Origin: an uncultured virus (IMG/VR IMGVR_UViG_3300014204_013755)
Lineage: Duplodnaviria; Heunggongvirae; Uroviricota; Caudoviricetes
Virus record (IMG/VR): IMGVR_UViG_3300014204_013755
Length of the DNA stretch: 64,000 bases
Direction: 5' to 3' (one strand)
In this document: positions 51,848 to 63,998 of the stretch, piece by piece
Position numbering within the stretch: the first letter of the stretch is position 1
How the letters are laid out: each line of letters opens with the position of its first letter
Made by a program: the position numbers and the translations under genes
Notes under the pieces: model-generated
Seen by the model: only the letters and a program-made list of their open reading frames with translations
Told to the model about the DNA's origin: nothing
The model's database searches: none

Positions 51848-52200
51848 ATTTTGTATAGCTGCGATTTTTTTATTCAGTATTTTTATGATATTTTTACACA
51901 ACTAAAAATGTGTAATTATGATAAATTTAACTGAATTAGAAACAGTAACAAACCTTTTTTCAGAAATTGAAATATTACAAAAACGTTCAAAGTTATTGGA
52001 ATATATTCTGGAAAGTTTTTATAAAGCTGAAACTGGTGAAATCATAGTTCCAGAAAAATGGAAAAACTCACCGCAAATAAACATTAATATGTTACCTGCG
52101 CCAACACCCCGTGAATTTCTCAAAAAGAAAATAGAACAATTGTTAACAAATGAAGAATGGAATCGTTTAAATAGTTATTGAAGATATAAAAATTTCAATT

Positions 52201-52695
52201 ATGCTGAACATAAAAATATACAAACAAAAAACTAATTACACCTGTGGTTGTGCCACACTTCAAATGGTATTGGATTATTTTAACATGCCTGTTCCAAGTG
52301 AAGAAGAAATGGTTTGTATATTAGATTCTAAACAAGAAGAAGGTACATCGTATGATTCTTTAATAGATGGTGCTAAGATTTTAGGTTTACAATGTCAGTT
52401 TGGTGAAAACGGTGATTTTGATAAACTTAATGAATACATAGCAGATGGGTGGCTTCCGATTATTGTTTATAGTTTGGATGTACCACATTTTTCAGTTTAT
52501 CTTGGGCATAACGGAAATCATATTCGTTTAGCTGACCCATTCACTGGTGAAAATCAACATTACTTATTAAAGAAATTTGTGAGAAATCAATGGAAAGTTG
52601 ATGAAAAAGATTTCAAAAAAATAATACAAGAATATGGATTATCATTTAGTTATAATATAAATTCCACCAGATGGTGGGCAATCTTTAAAAAATAA
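52201..52695 (+). CDS. C39-like cysteine peptidase
   Basis: QKTNYTCGCAT, PHFSV, LADP (Q-C-H-D). Confidence 0.8.
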   Translation: MLNIKIYKQKTNYTCGCATLQMVLDYFNMPVPSEEEMVCILDSKQEEGTSYDSLIDGAKILGLQCQFGENGDFDKLNEYIADGWLPIIVYSLDVPHFSVYLGHNGNHIRLADPFTGENQHYLLKKFVRNQWKVDEKDFKKIIQEYGLSFSYNINSTRWWAIFKK

Positions 52696-52699
52696 ATAT

Positions 52700-52927
52700 A
52701 TGATATAATCTACCTGTTGCCAAGCCGAAACAAAAGTTGGTGAATATAACATGACCCAACGACCAGACATTCATGGACGATTTGTTCAAGGTATTATCCA
52801 TTATGTTCCAATAGTTGGAAAATACTGTACCAAATGTGGTAAACTCTGTGATTATACAGATACCGAAGAAGGTATTAATTATTTTACCAATGGTTATATT
52901 AAATGGAATACACTGAGCATATATTAA
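52700..52927 (+). pseudogene. small Cys-rich gene with in-frame TAA at codon 3
   Basis: MI*STCCQAETKV...YCTKCGKLCDY... Confidence 0.5.
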
Positions 52928-53429
52928 ACACCACATACACCATTTCTGACCAAGGCGTTGTTAAAAACATTAAAGGATGAATCACACATCAAATATAAAA
53001 ATAAGTAAACATAGAAAACCAAACAATTATTGGACAAAAGAAAGATGTCATCAAGAATCATTAAAATATATATCCAGAAGGGAATTTGAAATTAATAGTA
53101 GAGCTGCTTATAGTAAATCGACAAAAAGGGGGTGGATATATGAAATTTGTTCTCATATGATTAAAAATAATTAAAAATGAAAAAAATTCATCATAAATCT
53201 GGAAGTGGGGAGTTTTGTCCTAAATGTGGTCGTGAGTTTATATGGCTCTGGTATGATGCCGAAGAAAAAAATGGTCGCATGGAAATGAAGTGGACATCAG
53301 ATGAAATTTGTTTAGATTGTGTCACAAAAAATAATAGTGGTCGTCCACCGTTGGGTTTGAATGACCTCGATAAAATTGAAAAGAGAGGTATATCAAGAGA
53401 ACAATATTATAAAGAAAAAGGATATTAAA

Positions 53430-53687
53430 ATGAGTACATCAGCTAATGTCATTGAATATCGTATCGAAAAAGATGGTGTGTCTGTTGGTCATTATAGGCA
53501 ACATTTAATGTGTAAATCTCATTATGAAGAATTACTAAAATACGAACCATTAAAAGAACACACAATAACACCTTGGGGGTATGATGATGAAGACGAATAA
53601 TGGGAAGAAAAACCAGTTAATCTGGAAAAATTTCTTCTGGAAATGATTTCGACAAATAAAATAATTCGGGAACATTTTAATTTATGA
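53430..53687 (+). pseudogene. small gene with internal TAA
   Basis: MSTSAN...WGYDDEDE*WEEKPVNLEKFLLEMISTNKIIREHFNL; stop at 53598-53600. Confidence 0.5.
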
Positions 53688-53763
53688 TTTATGATACTAT
53701 TTAAATTTTTGAATAGTCCTGTAAATTAAGTAATTTTTATATTAAATTATCGTATACTTTTAC

Positions 53764-54126
53764 ATGAAAATATGTAAAAAATGTATACAAGAAAAAGAAG
53801 ATACTGAATTTTATAGAGGTACACAACGAGGATTAAATGGTCAGGTTTGGTATTATTTAGATAGTTATTGTAAAAATTGTAGAATTGAATATTCAACAAA
53901 TCGTTCAAAAGAAATAAAAGCGAAAGCAGTTGAATATTTAGGTGGAAAGTGTGTTGATTGTGGTTTAATCGATGATATTTGCGTATATGATTTTCATCAT
54001 ACTGACCCAATAAAAAAAGAAATGGCATTTGGTCAACGTGGTGGAAAATCATTTGAAGTATTAAAACCAGAATTAGATAAATGTATATTATTATGTTCAA
54101 ATTGTCATAGAAAAAGACATAAATAA
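53764..54126 (+). CDS. HNH endonuclease
   Basis: CKKC/CKNC, CVDCG, DFHHTDP, CILLCSNCHRKRH. Confidence 0.85.
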   Translation: MKICKKCIQEKEDTEFYRGTQRGLNGQVWYYLDSYCKNCRIEYSTNRSKEIKAKAVEYLGGKCVDCGLIDDICVYDFHHTDPIKKEMAFGQRGGKSFEVLKPELDKCILLCSNCHRKRHK

Positions 54127-55221
54127 TTTTTATTTCATTAACTTTGAAAAAAATTGGAAATGAAATCAAAAAATCCTAAGACTCCAGAACAATTAATTGA
54201 AATGGAAAAAAAATTCCGTAAGAGCCTTTTATATTTTAATTTAGGGTTCTCAATTCTTCTCTGGATATTATTTTTCATTTTTTTTCAAATTGAATTCTTA
54301 ACCCTTTATATTATTATTCAATTATCAATAGTAATATTATGGTATAAAATGGTTTTATCATCTGTGGATAGGCAAAAGTGTGTAATTGAAAATAAACCAA
54401 TAGAAATACCTGAACCAACTTTTTTATCAAGACTTTTTGTTGGAAATTTATTTAATATCAATTTATTCAAAAAAGGGAAGGATAATGAGTTTAAAACTTT
54501 GATAAATAATTTTGTAAATAGATTGATATCATTTATAATTCTAATAGTCTCCATGTTTATAATAATTATTTTAATGACTGTTATTATATATTTTATCAAA
54601 AAAATATTTTAAAAATACATCATGATACAAAAAAATTTATTCGACTTAACTCCTGAACAGGAAGCAACATCTAAAATGTTGTATGAGGGAAAAATAATAA
54701 AGTGCTTAGTTGCCCCCTATCACAGTTATGATAAATTGGGTGAAATGCTCACATATTCTCCAACAACATATCTTTTTCCAGAAAGAGAAATATCATTAAG
54801 TCAGATAACTGGATTTATAATGGCAATCGTTAAAACGAGAAAAATTGATGAGGAAATCCGAATAATTACAGCTAATCAAAACATCATAATGGACATGGCT
54901 GATGATTGTGTTCGGGTTTTAACCGAAGGAGGTGACATTGTTCCATCTCCAACAAAAACATTCATGGCAAATATCCACACCATTCGTTATGAATTATTGG
55001 AGAATAAAGCACATCAGTTATCCGAAAAAGAAAAAAATGAAGGTGTGAATAAAGTTAATCTCCTAATAAAAAATATTAAAGATGCAATCGAAAAAGGCAC
55101 AACAAAGGAAGATTATGATTTAATGTTTATACGGATAAAACTAATAGGTGAACCTATTATCCGAACCAAACTATCCAGTATGATGTCTGAGGTTAAAATA
55201 TTATAAAAATAAATATAAGCA

Positions 55222-55722
55222 TTAATTATATTCATTTGGGTCAATTTCTTCAATGTTTAAGATTTCCAAGTCTTTATCATTTAATAGTGAATATTCATAT
55301 TCCAATGGGTATTCTGCTCTGTTTCCTAACATATCTCTATAATCTAAATTATCAGGTGTGGTTTTAATTGTTATAATAAACCATCTATGAATAGGGTCAC
55401 CACTCAATAATGAAGCAGAAAATAAAAATTCACTGTCTAATATCATATCTTTATCACCCACATAATGTTTACCCAAATTAATTTTATTTATATCTTTTTC
55501 TGATTTAACATTAATTATTCTATAAAGTATTAATTTTTTTGGTATTTTTTGTAATCCATATGGAAATTCGTTTCTTGCAAAATCTATCAATCTTTCTTCG
55601 ATTTCATCATAGTCCATCCCAGCATAATCCTCACCATTATAAACATCCATAGCGTATTCTTTTGCCATTCTAACATCATCTCTGATTCCCTCATTTAAAA
55701 AACACGAAAAATTCTTTATCAT
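55222..55722 (-). CDS. putative ADP-ribosyltransferase-fold virion protein
   Basis: MIKNFSCFLNEG; LYRII...GKHY...EYEY; resembles 50029..50463. Confidence 0.4.
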   Translation of the reverse strand: MIKNFSCFLNEGIRDDVRMAKEYAMDVYNGEDYAGMDYDEIEERLIDFARNEFPYGLQKIPKKLILYRIINVKSEKDINKINLGKHYVGDKDMILDSEFLFSASLLSGDPIHRWFIITIKTTPDNLDYRDMLGNRAEYPLEYEYSLLNDKDLEILNIEEIDPNEYN

Positions 55723-56191
55723 ATTATATTTTTATTTACTACATTCGTATATATTTAAAAAAATAATATGGAAAATTTATCACAACCTGATAAAACCAAT
55801 TTTAATGAAGAAGAAGCACTCCAAAAAGAAAAGGAAATGTTCCTTCTTTGTTGTGGTAGTTGTTTGAATTTTATACATTTTATGGCCGAAGCTGGGTTTT
55901 GTAAAATAGCTGAATGTAATTGTGTGTGTAAAAATCCAAAGGCCATGATTGATATGTTCGATGATAAGTGTGATAAATGGATTATCAACCCAATCTATTA
56001 ATAGATTTTAATTGTAATTTAATTATGATTTTAGAAACCACCATTACAATAAATACTATCATTTTCTTTTTAGACTGGAAAGACCGACAAACCACAACTA
56101 TACGAGGTAATATATTGATGTATGATATTAAAGGTCATTATAAATATCTATCAGAAAGTGAATTATTTGATTATTATATAGAACATTATAA

Positions 56192-57013
56192 TTAACCCAT
56201 CTCATCAAATATAGAATAATCTTCAACTGAGTCATCATTTGCCCAATGAGCGTTTACTATATCTCCCTGTGGATTTATCGTAGCACCAATCATATGGTGT
56301 ATATCTGAACGTTTTTTGGTGAAATCATAAATAAAAAACTGAACTTTAAATGCATTGGCGTAATTATCAAAATGTTCTTTAGATGTGCTAATACACCAAA
56401 GTTTAGAACCCAAAGCGCAAGAAGCTTCATAATCGTTTACTTTAATCATCAAAACATCTTCTCTGGCTTCTATAATATCGACATTATATCCTTTTATTTT
56501 TTCGAGATATGCAATAAGGTTAAATTCACCTTTTAAATTATCAATGAAATCTTCAGTATCAATTATTAGAGATTCAATATCTTTATAACGACCACCTTTT
56601 TTTGAATAAAAAGTAATTAAAGGTTTAGAATATTCTGTGTTTAATAATATTAAATTTCTTAATTCATCATTAACTAATTCTCTGGTTCTGGATGGTAAAG
56701 CTTTTAAAACCTGATTTATTTTTTTATTTGCATTAAATTTTTGAAGATAATCATACAGTTTTTCCAACTTATCAAAAGAATCCCATTTAATATCTAAATT
56801 AGGTGTGTTTTGTAATTCATTAAATACTTCTTTTAATTTATCAAATAATTCGTGGTCTCTTACTAACCATTCAGTAAATTTACCGATATAACCCATATTA
56901 TTTTTTAATAAATCTTTTAATTTTAAAAAATCTGGATTAGTCTCTGGAATATCATTCTGTTTAAGTATTATTTTGGCTTTATTTAAGAATTCAAATAATT
57001 TATAATTAAGCAT
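56192..57013 (-). CDS. putative virion protein (WCIS motif)
   Basis: MLNYKLFE; YEASCALGSKLWCIS...FFIYDF; TAATATATA at 57037-57045. Confidence 0.5.
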   Translation of the reverse strand: MLNYKLFEFLNKAKIILKQNDIPETNPDFLKLKDLLKNNMGYIGKFTEWLVRDHELFDKLKEVFNELQNTPNLDIKWDSFDKLEKLYDYLQKFNANKKINQVLKALPSRTRELVNDELRNLILLNTEYSKPLITFYSKKGGRYKDIESLIIDTEDFIDNLKGEFNLIAYLEKIKGYNVDIIEAREDVLMIKVNDYEASCALGSKLWCISTSKEHFDNYANAFKVQFFIYDFTKKRSDIHHMIGATINPQGDIVNAHWANDDSVEDYSIFDEMG

Positions 57014-59100
57014 GAAACACCTATTTTATTTTGTTTTATATATTATTTTTTGATAATAGATTAACACGATTTTTTTTATAATATTAAATATATTATTTTT
57101 GAGATATTTTTAAATTGATTACAAATGAATATACAAGTCAACAATACGAAAGTGGTAAATGAAACATTAACATTAGATGTTAGTTTCCCTTACTATGGAT
57201 GGTGGAATCATAAAAAAGATTCTATTGTTAAAATGTTTCCAGTATATCACACACACGACAAAAAATTAATTAGTTATATACTCGTGATTAAAGTAGTTAA
57301 AGGATTTAGTTTAAATACCTCAATCATAAGTGATATAATTCATGTATCAAATAATGTAATAGATGAGAATATTACTTATATTCTAAGAGATTATGTTACT
57401 GTTGCAACTGAACAGGAATTTAAGAATTTTAGATTAGAAGCATTAAACGAATTAAAATAATATGGACAACTCAGAAAATAAAAAATTAACACCAAAACAG
57501 AATTCTGTAATGTATCTACTCCAGAATGGTTGGGAATTAATTACAGACATGGAAATGTCTGGTGCATTGGTGTGTAGTTCGAAATATCAATTTCGTATCA
57601 ATAATGGGTTATTTTTCCGATTGGTTGAAATGGGGTTAATTTTTCAGGCTGGTGCAAGAGACCATTTCTCCTATATATTAACTCCAAAGGGTAAAACTAT
57701 AAAAACAAAACCAGTGTCAATAGATGGTATGGGTCTTGAAGAATTACCCATATATAAAGATGGTGTTGAAGTATCAAAATCAGTGAAAGAAGAAGTTGAA
57801 CCTAAATCTGAACCTGAAATAACGTCCGAACCAATACCTGAATCCGAAATTAACAAAGTCACTGAAACCCAAGCATTTTCATATAATGATTTGTATGATG
57901 CTATTTGTGATTTATCTAAATCATTATCTGATGAGGTAATAAAAATAAACAATGGGATATTAAAAGGTGATACTGGGCTATTGGATATGAAAACAGACCC
58001 GATGCAAACAAAGTCCTTTTCTCGTGGCAAAACTGTCGGTCTTGTAATTGCGAGAGATAGGGCAGATAAAATTATACAAAATAATAAAAAAACAGAATCT
58101 CCTTGGACTATTTTGGAATTAAAAGAAGGGAAATATACCAATGCCCCTGAACCAGAAAAACCAGTAGTGGCTATATTACAATGGTCAAGTGGAAAACAAG
58201 TTCCAGCCATCATAAAATATGGTAATTGGGATGACCATAGTTGGAGAACAGTTGATGATGATTCAGAATTGTCATATAGCTTAGATGTTATTAAATGGAT
58301 GTATTTACCTGAATAATATTTTAATTATGATAGTAAAAAATATTGGATATTTAAAAATGGAATCTATTTTAAAATTAGAATGGTTTTCTATTTATGAGAC
58401 ACAAAAAAACACTCATATACTTGTTAAGAATACAAGTCAGGAATCTATTAATTTATATTCACCAAAACTGGATAAATTACCATACAAATCAGTAGAAGGT
58501 AAAAAAATATGTAGGGGAGTAAAAATTTTCGATTCTAAAACAGGTTCAATAGATAAAATTGATACCAGTAAATGGAATAATGTAAATCAAATAATGACAT
58601 ACGAAGAATTTTGTCCTTATTAAAAAATTTATATTATGATACGAACTAAAAAAGAATACCCTTATGTCGTTACAACTATATTACCGAAAGGATGTCCTAT
58701 TGGTAGTAAGAAACGGACTACGATTAGAAAGAACTTTTTGAAAACTGAAGAAGAAGCTCGAAAAGAAGTTAAAGCATGGGAAAAAGCTGGATTAGTTTCA
58801 GGATATGAATTAAGATAATTATGGAAATGGAAAAGTTAACAGGTTATAAATATAATACCGATATTTTCACATCAGCTTTTATAGCTGAAGTTGACGGTAA
58901 AAAATGTGTATTATCTACCACCTTTGAAAAAGGTGATGCAGTTGTCAGGTTTGTTGACAGACCAGTGAATAGTTATTGGAAGCACGGCACTGTTGGTTCA
59001 ACTATGGATAATGGTGATACTTTAATATTCAGAGATTGTATTTCCTGTGGAAACACAAGAACTGAATTGTGGTATAAAATAATCACAATAATAGAGTAAT

Positions 59101-59586
59101 ATGAAGTTCGATAAAGACATAGCCGAGAAGCATCTTAAAAGGCTTTTAAAGCAATATAAAATAGAAGTGGTCAAATGGTCTCGCACATCTTGTGGAAGGG
59201 CGTATTGGAATGATAAACAAGTAAAAATACCCCATCCTACGGATTTGGATAGGTTCTGTGTTGGTATACATGAAATCAAACATGTTATCGATGGCTATTT
59301 TGGTAAATTGTATCAACGAGAATATGCATGTGAAAAATTTGCAATACAGCAAGCTGAGTTATTAGGATTTGACGATATAGAAACATACCAAGAACGGGCA
59401 AGAAGGTACATTATAATGACTATTGCTAAAGGTCATTGTCGGGGACTTAATCTGGATAATATTGAACCAGAAATAAAAAGATTCTGTAATATTGATTTCT
59501 CAGAGTGGAAAGGGAAAAAAGTGTTCGTCAGTGGTTGGGGTGATGCTACATATAAAGGTGTACCACTAAATATAGAAATTATTTAA
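59101..59586 (+). CDS. zincin-like metallopeptidase
   Basis: GRAYW...HEIKH...E. Confidence 0.6.
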   Translation: MKFDKDIAEKHLKRLLKQYKIEVVKWSRTSCGRAYWNDKQVKIPHPTDLDRFCVGIHEIKHVIDGYFGKLYQREYACEKFAIQQAELLGFDDIETYQERARRYIIMTIAKGHCRGLNLDNIEPEIKRFCNIDFSEWKGKKVFVSGWGDATYKGVPLNIEII

Positions 59587-59619
59587 CTTATTATTATTTT
59601 TTTATATTTTTATTTCTAT

Positions 59620-59627
59620 TATATTTG
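59620..59627 (+). promoter_or_regulatory. Bacteroidota-type -7 promoter element TAnnTTTG
   Basis: TATATTTG 23 bp before ATG 59651; same motif before other gene runs (4722-, 15196-, 31058+, 36483-, 49465-). Confidence 0.5.
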
Positions 59628-59650
59628 TTCCATTAAAAATGTAAAACATT

Positions 59651-59929
59651 ATGGCTGTAATACACGAAACAACCAAAGAAGATAGAATAAAATTTGAAGA
59701 ACCAGTACAGAAACTTGCAGACAACATAGAAACAGATGGTGATTTAAATTATTGTATTTCATTGTTGATGCACAAAATTCTTCAAAAAAGAGGGAAAAAA
59801 TACCAGAACATGAATAATATCATGGGTGCTATCGATTGTGCCAAAATGGAATTTTACCGAACTGTCGCAAGTCCTTATGAGGATATCAAAAAAGAAGAAA
59901 ACGGAAGTGTAAGTGATTTTGATAAATAA
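59651..59929 (+). CDS. conserved phage hypothetical protein
   Basis: GDLNY...GAIDCAKMEFYR...PYED.K..ENG pattern. Confidence 0.6.
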   Translation: MAVIHETTKEDRIKFEEPVQKLADNIETDGDLNYCISLLMHKILQKRGKKYQNMNNIMGAIDCAKMEFYRTVASPYEDIKKEENGSVSDFDK

Positions 59930-62900
59930 ACATGAATGAATTAAAATCATATATCGGGCAGAAATTAGAACTTAAAGAATTACCACAGTTGAGATTCTAT
60001 AAACCAAACGTTACTGTTGGTAATAAGTACACTATTGTAGATGTTGAAGGTTCAAATTTTTGGTTGAATGATGATGATGGGCATTTAACAAGTTTTGGAA
60101 GTTGTCGTTTCATTTTAAATTAATGGATAATTAATGGATATTAAACGGATAAATATAGGAAATGCAGTGTGGTCTGAAGAACTCGACCTCAATACTGGAA
60201 AATATAACAAAATTGTTGTTATAGTTGACCGACATATCCACTATTATATCTTGACTGGTAATTATTTAAATAAGTACACCGATATACCATTAACAGCATC
60301 CATATTAATGTTCAATCTTGGATTTGAACCATCACACAAAGTTGGTTTCAGGCGTTTTTATGATATTGGAAATTTAGTAGTGGAAGCATGTGAAGGTAAC
60401 GATTTTCCAGTTTATTATCCAAAAGGAGAACTTCTTTGTTTTGCTCATTCGGTAAGTCATTTACAAAATCTTTACATGTTTTTAAGTGATAGTGAATTAC
60501 CATTTAAAGATTTAACTCACCAGATTGAAATAAATATCATTCCAATAAATTATGCTGATTTCGATTTAGTTGAAATTAAAAATGGTACACCACATTGTAA
60601 GAAGCATGGTGCTATGAATAAAATGAACACGCTTGAAGATGGTGGTGGTTACTGGAGATGTTTATCAGCTATAACGACACATAATGACACTGCTTGTAGA
60701 GCAGGTTGTTGTGAGATAAAAAAAAATAAAAACTAAAATTTATAATATGAAACCAATTAATCACAAAAATTTCATCTTGGCATTAGTATCATTATTAATA
60801 CTAATAATAATATTTTCTTGTAAAGAAGAAAATAAATCTTCTGAATTAATTGATATACCAGTACATCAATCAGATTTTGATTCGTTCCCTGTGATACAAA
60901 ATCCAAATATTGACATAACAAAGAACGAACCAAGGATAAAATTAATCGAAAAAAGAACTGTTCGAGATGAACCATCAACTTTTCTTTATGAAGTAGATGG
61001 TAAATTATTTTTTGTAGTTGGGTATGGTGGTGTATCTAAATTATAACAAAAACAATTATCATGAAAAAAATATCAGTAGAAAACTTCTCAGAGAATTTAA
61101 GACAAAAACTGTCTACGAAAATGTCTACAAAAATGTTGTCAGATGTACTTAATGATATTACATTATATTCAGATGAAGAATTAACAACATTATTTCTTAT
61201 TTTATTGGATGAATACCCACTTATTCATAAGAATGAAACAGTAAAAAAATTGACATATAAAAAGAATTTAGACCAAATTTTAAAGTCGGATAGTAGATTC
61301 TTAAAAATAATTCGAGTTATTTTTTCCAAATATACTAAAGAACAAGATGAATTTGAAAAGGAAATTGAAACACGAATTAAAAAAATAAAAAACCCATCAA
61401 TACAAAGAGCAAAAGCTATGAAATGGTGGAACAATTTGAGTGATGAAAAACAAACTGAGCTGAGTAAAAAAATAAATAGACCGAAAGAACTACCTCATCA
61501 TATAATAGAACAGTTATGGGTTGCAGAATTTAATTTCGATTAAACATCATGAAAAAAATATTATTAACCATACCATATTTTATACTTTGGATTTTTTATT
61601 TCTTCCTGACATTAAATGAAAGAGATAGATATATCGTGGCTAAATCAAAAGGTATGGCCTGTACAAATTCATATGATTCGAGTAGATTGGTTTATGGTAC
61701 TACTACAACATATGAATTTGACTCCAGTAAAAAACCCGAAAGAAATTTCTTAACTTGGAAACAATTCTGGGTAGCCAGAGGATATTAATAATAAAAATAT
61801 AAAAATATAAAAATATTATGATAAAAACAGGAAAAATTAATCAGATAACAGGTGATGAGATTCTACAAATTGAAGAATCCGATATCGATTTCTGGGATAC
61901 AAACTGGGAAGAACTAACTCTTGAACAAAAAGCAGATATTTGTTCTTTGATTAAAGCACCATTTTTGGGAAAACAAAATGAAGATGCGATAAAAGGGTGG
62001 TATGAATATTATAAGCTAAAAAATACTATGGAACTTTAAACCATTATTATGACCATAAAACATAAATGTGGTGATAAAACTGTTTCAAATACAGCCACCA
62101 GAAAAACAGAAAAACGTTCATCATATAGTGAACACGCTGCAATGCATTATGGTGGAGATGGTTGGTCTCATTGGGATGAAACCTCATATACTGTCGATAA
62201 ATGTAAAAAATGTGGTAAATTACATTATTTAAAAGAAACCGAATTATTATAATATATCATGACTGTTATTGTAACTTCTTTGATTGTTGAACATTTTAAC
62301 AATAAAATATCACTTATTTAGAAAAGTATGAACCGAACCGAAGCACTTGAAGCAGCCATAAGTGGTAAAAAAATTACCCATAGATATTTTTTAGATTATG
62401 AATATCTTGAATTTAAAGATGGTAAATTGATTACTGAAGATGGTTATGAATATGAGGAACGATTCCATAAATTTGATTATTTTGAAAGTGATTGGTCAAT
62501 ATTTAAAGAGTTTAATCTCGAATATTGTCCAGAATGTATTCAAATGACCAATCATCTGGATGGTGTGTGTCAGAAACATAATAAAGAATGATATGTTAAT
62601 ACCACTAACTGATAAAGAAATAGTTAGAAAATTAGAATTGGAATCAACTCCAATAAATAACAGAATGTTATTTGGGAATATTTTCGATTCTTACATGGCT
62701 GTTATATCATGGTATCATACCCGTAATGATATTGATGCTAATTCTTCCATATATAAAAAATGGAATAAAATAACAGAACTTTTGGGATTTAAACCAATAT
62801 TTCATCCAACTTATACACATCGTAACGCTTTATGGTCTTTTATGTGGAAAGATGACCCAGTATTATTATACTATGATAAAAGAGGTATGAAAATTCAAGT

Positions 62901-62978
62901 TGGACAAAAATTCAGAAAATCTGAGGCTATACCAATGCTTGAATATCTTAAAGATAAGTTAAATAAAAAATAAAAAAT

Positions 62979-63006
62979 AAAAACCTTCTTATTCGGAAGG
63001 GTTTTT
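62979..63006. terminator. probable bidirectional terminator
   Basis: AAAAACCTTC...GAAGGGTTTTT between convergent gene runs. Confidence 0.6.
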
Positions 63007-63023
63007 ATCTAACTACTTGGTTA

Positions 63024-63998
63024 TTAGGAACAACGACTCGAACCACAACTCATGCAAGTCATACACCCCTCTTTAAATTCAACATGTTCACTACCACATT
63101 CTTGACAAACACCTTTTACTTTTTCACCGTCTTTAATATATTTCTTAATAACTCTTGTGACCCCAGCTTTCCAAGTATTTAAATGGGCATCATTTAGGTT
63201 TAAAGAATTTATTAATTCATAAACATATATCAAAGGCATTGCATGACGTAATAAACCACTCACCAATTTTGCATAATTCCAAAATTCGGGGTTAAAAGAA
63301 TGATTTAATTCAAAAAATGTTTTCTTTTCACCATCTACATCAGTATATTCCATATCATAACGAGAAATCTTCTTACCATCTTCACCATCTATTTTACTCT
63401 TAATAACCTCACATTCTTTAATAGTTGGTGATAGGGAAGACATTCCGTTTACAAGACGGCCAGTGAATAGTTCATATGGTCTACCATCTAATAAACCAAC
63501 AACAGCAATCCATTTTTCAGAATCATTTTGAAAACGAATAATATCGGCTTTTAACCGTTTTGGTCTTTTAGGTGCATTGTGGTCTTTAAAAGCATCAAGT
63601 TTTTCTTTTTCTTTTTGTTCCTTTTTAGAAATTAAAACACCAGAACGAGAACCATCACGATAAACTGTTATACCTTTACATCCACTTGACCAGCCTCTTT
63701 CATATACCTTGGCTACAATTTCTTCAGTTGCATTACTTGGAAGATTAACTGTAACCGATATGGAATGGTCAACATATTTTTGTATACGACCCTGCATTTC
63801 AACTTTTTCAACCCAGTCAACATCATTTGCAGTGGCTTTATAATATGGTGATTGTTTAACAATCTCATCTAATTGTTCTTTCTTCATATCTTTTACTGCT
63901 TCAATATCAAAACCATTTACGCCAAGCCACGTTTCAAATTTATGATGAAATACTGGATATTCTTGCCAAGCTACACCCTCATCGTCTGTGAAATCAAC
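63024..63998 (-). CDS. nrdJ: class II (B12-dependent) ribonucleotide reductase, C-terminal part; 5' end outside the window
   Basis: QKYVDHSISVTVNLP, GCKGITVYRDGSR, TSCPD-like tail, terminal CQECG...EGC..C..CG; frame stays open to the window edge. Confidence 0.9.
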   Translation of the reverse strand, partial: VDFTDDEGVAWQEYPVFHHKFETWLGVNGFDIEAVKDMKKEQLDEIVKQSPYYKATANDVDWVEKVEMQGRIQKYVDHSISVTVNLPSNATEEIVAKVYERGWSSGCKGITVYRDGSRSGVLISKKEQKEKEKLDAFKDHNAPKRPKRLKADIIRFQNDSEKWIAVVGLLDGRPYELFTGRLVNGMSSLSPTIKECEVIKSKIDGEDGKKISRYDMEYTDVDGEKKTFFELNHSFNPEFWNYAKLVSGLLRHAMPLIYVYELINSLNLNDAHLNTWKAGVTRVIKKYIKDGEKVKGVCQECGSEHVEFKEGCMTCMSCGSSRCS

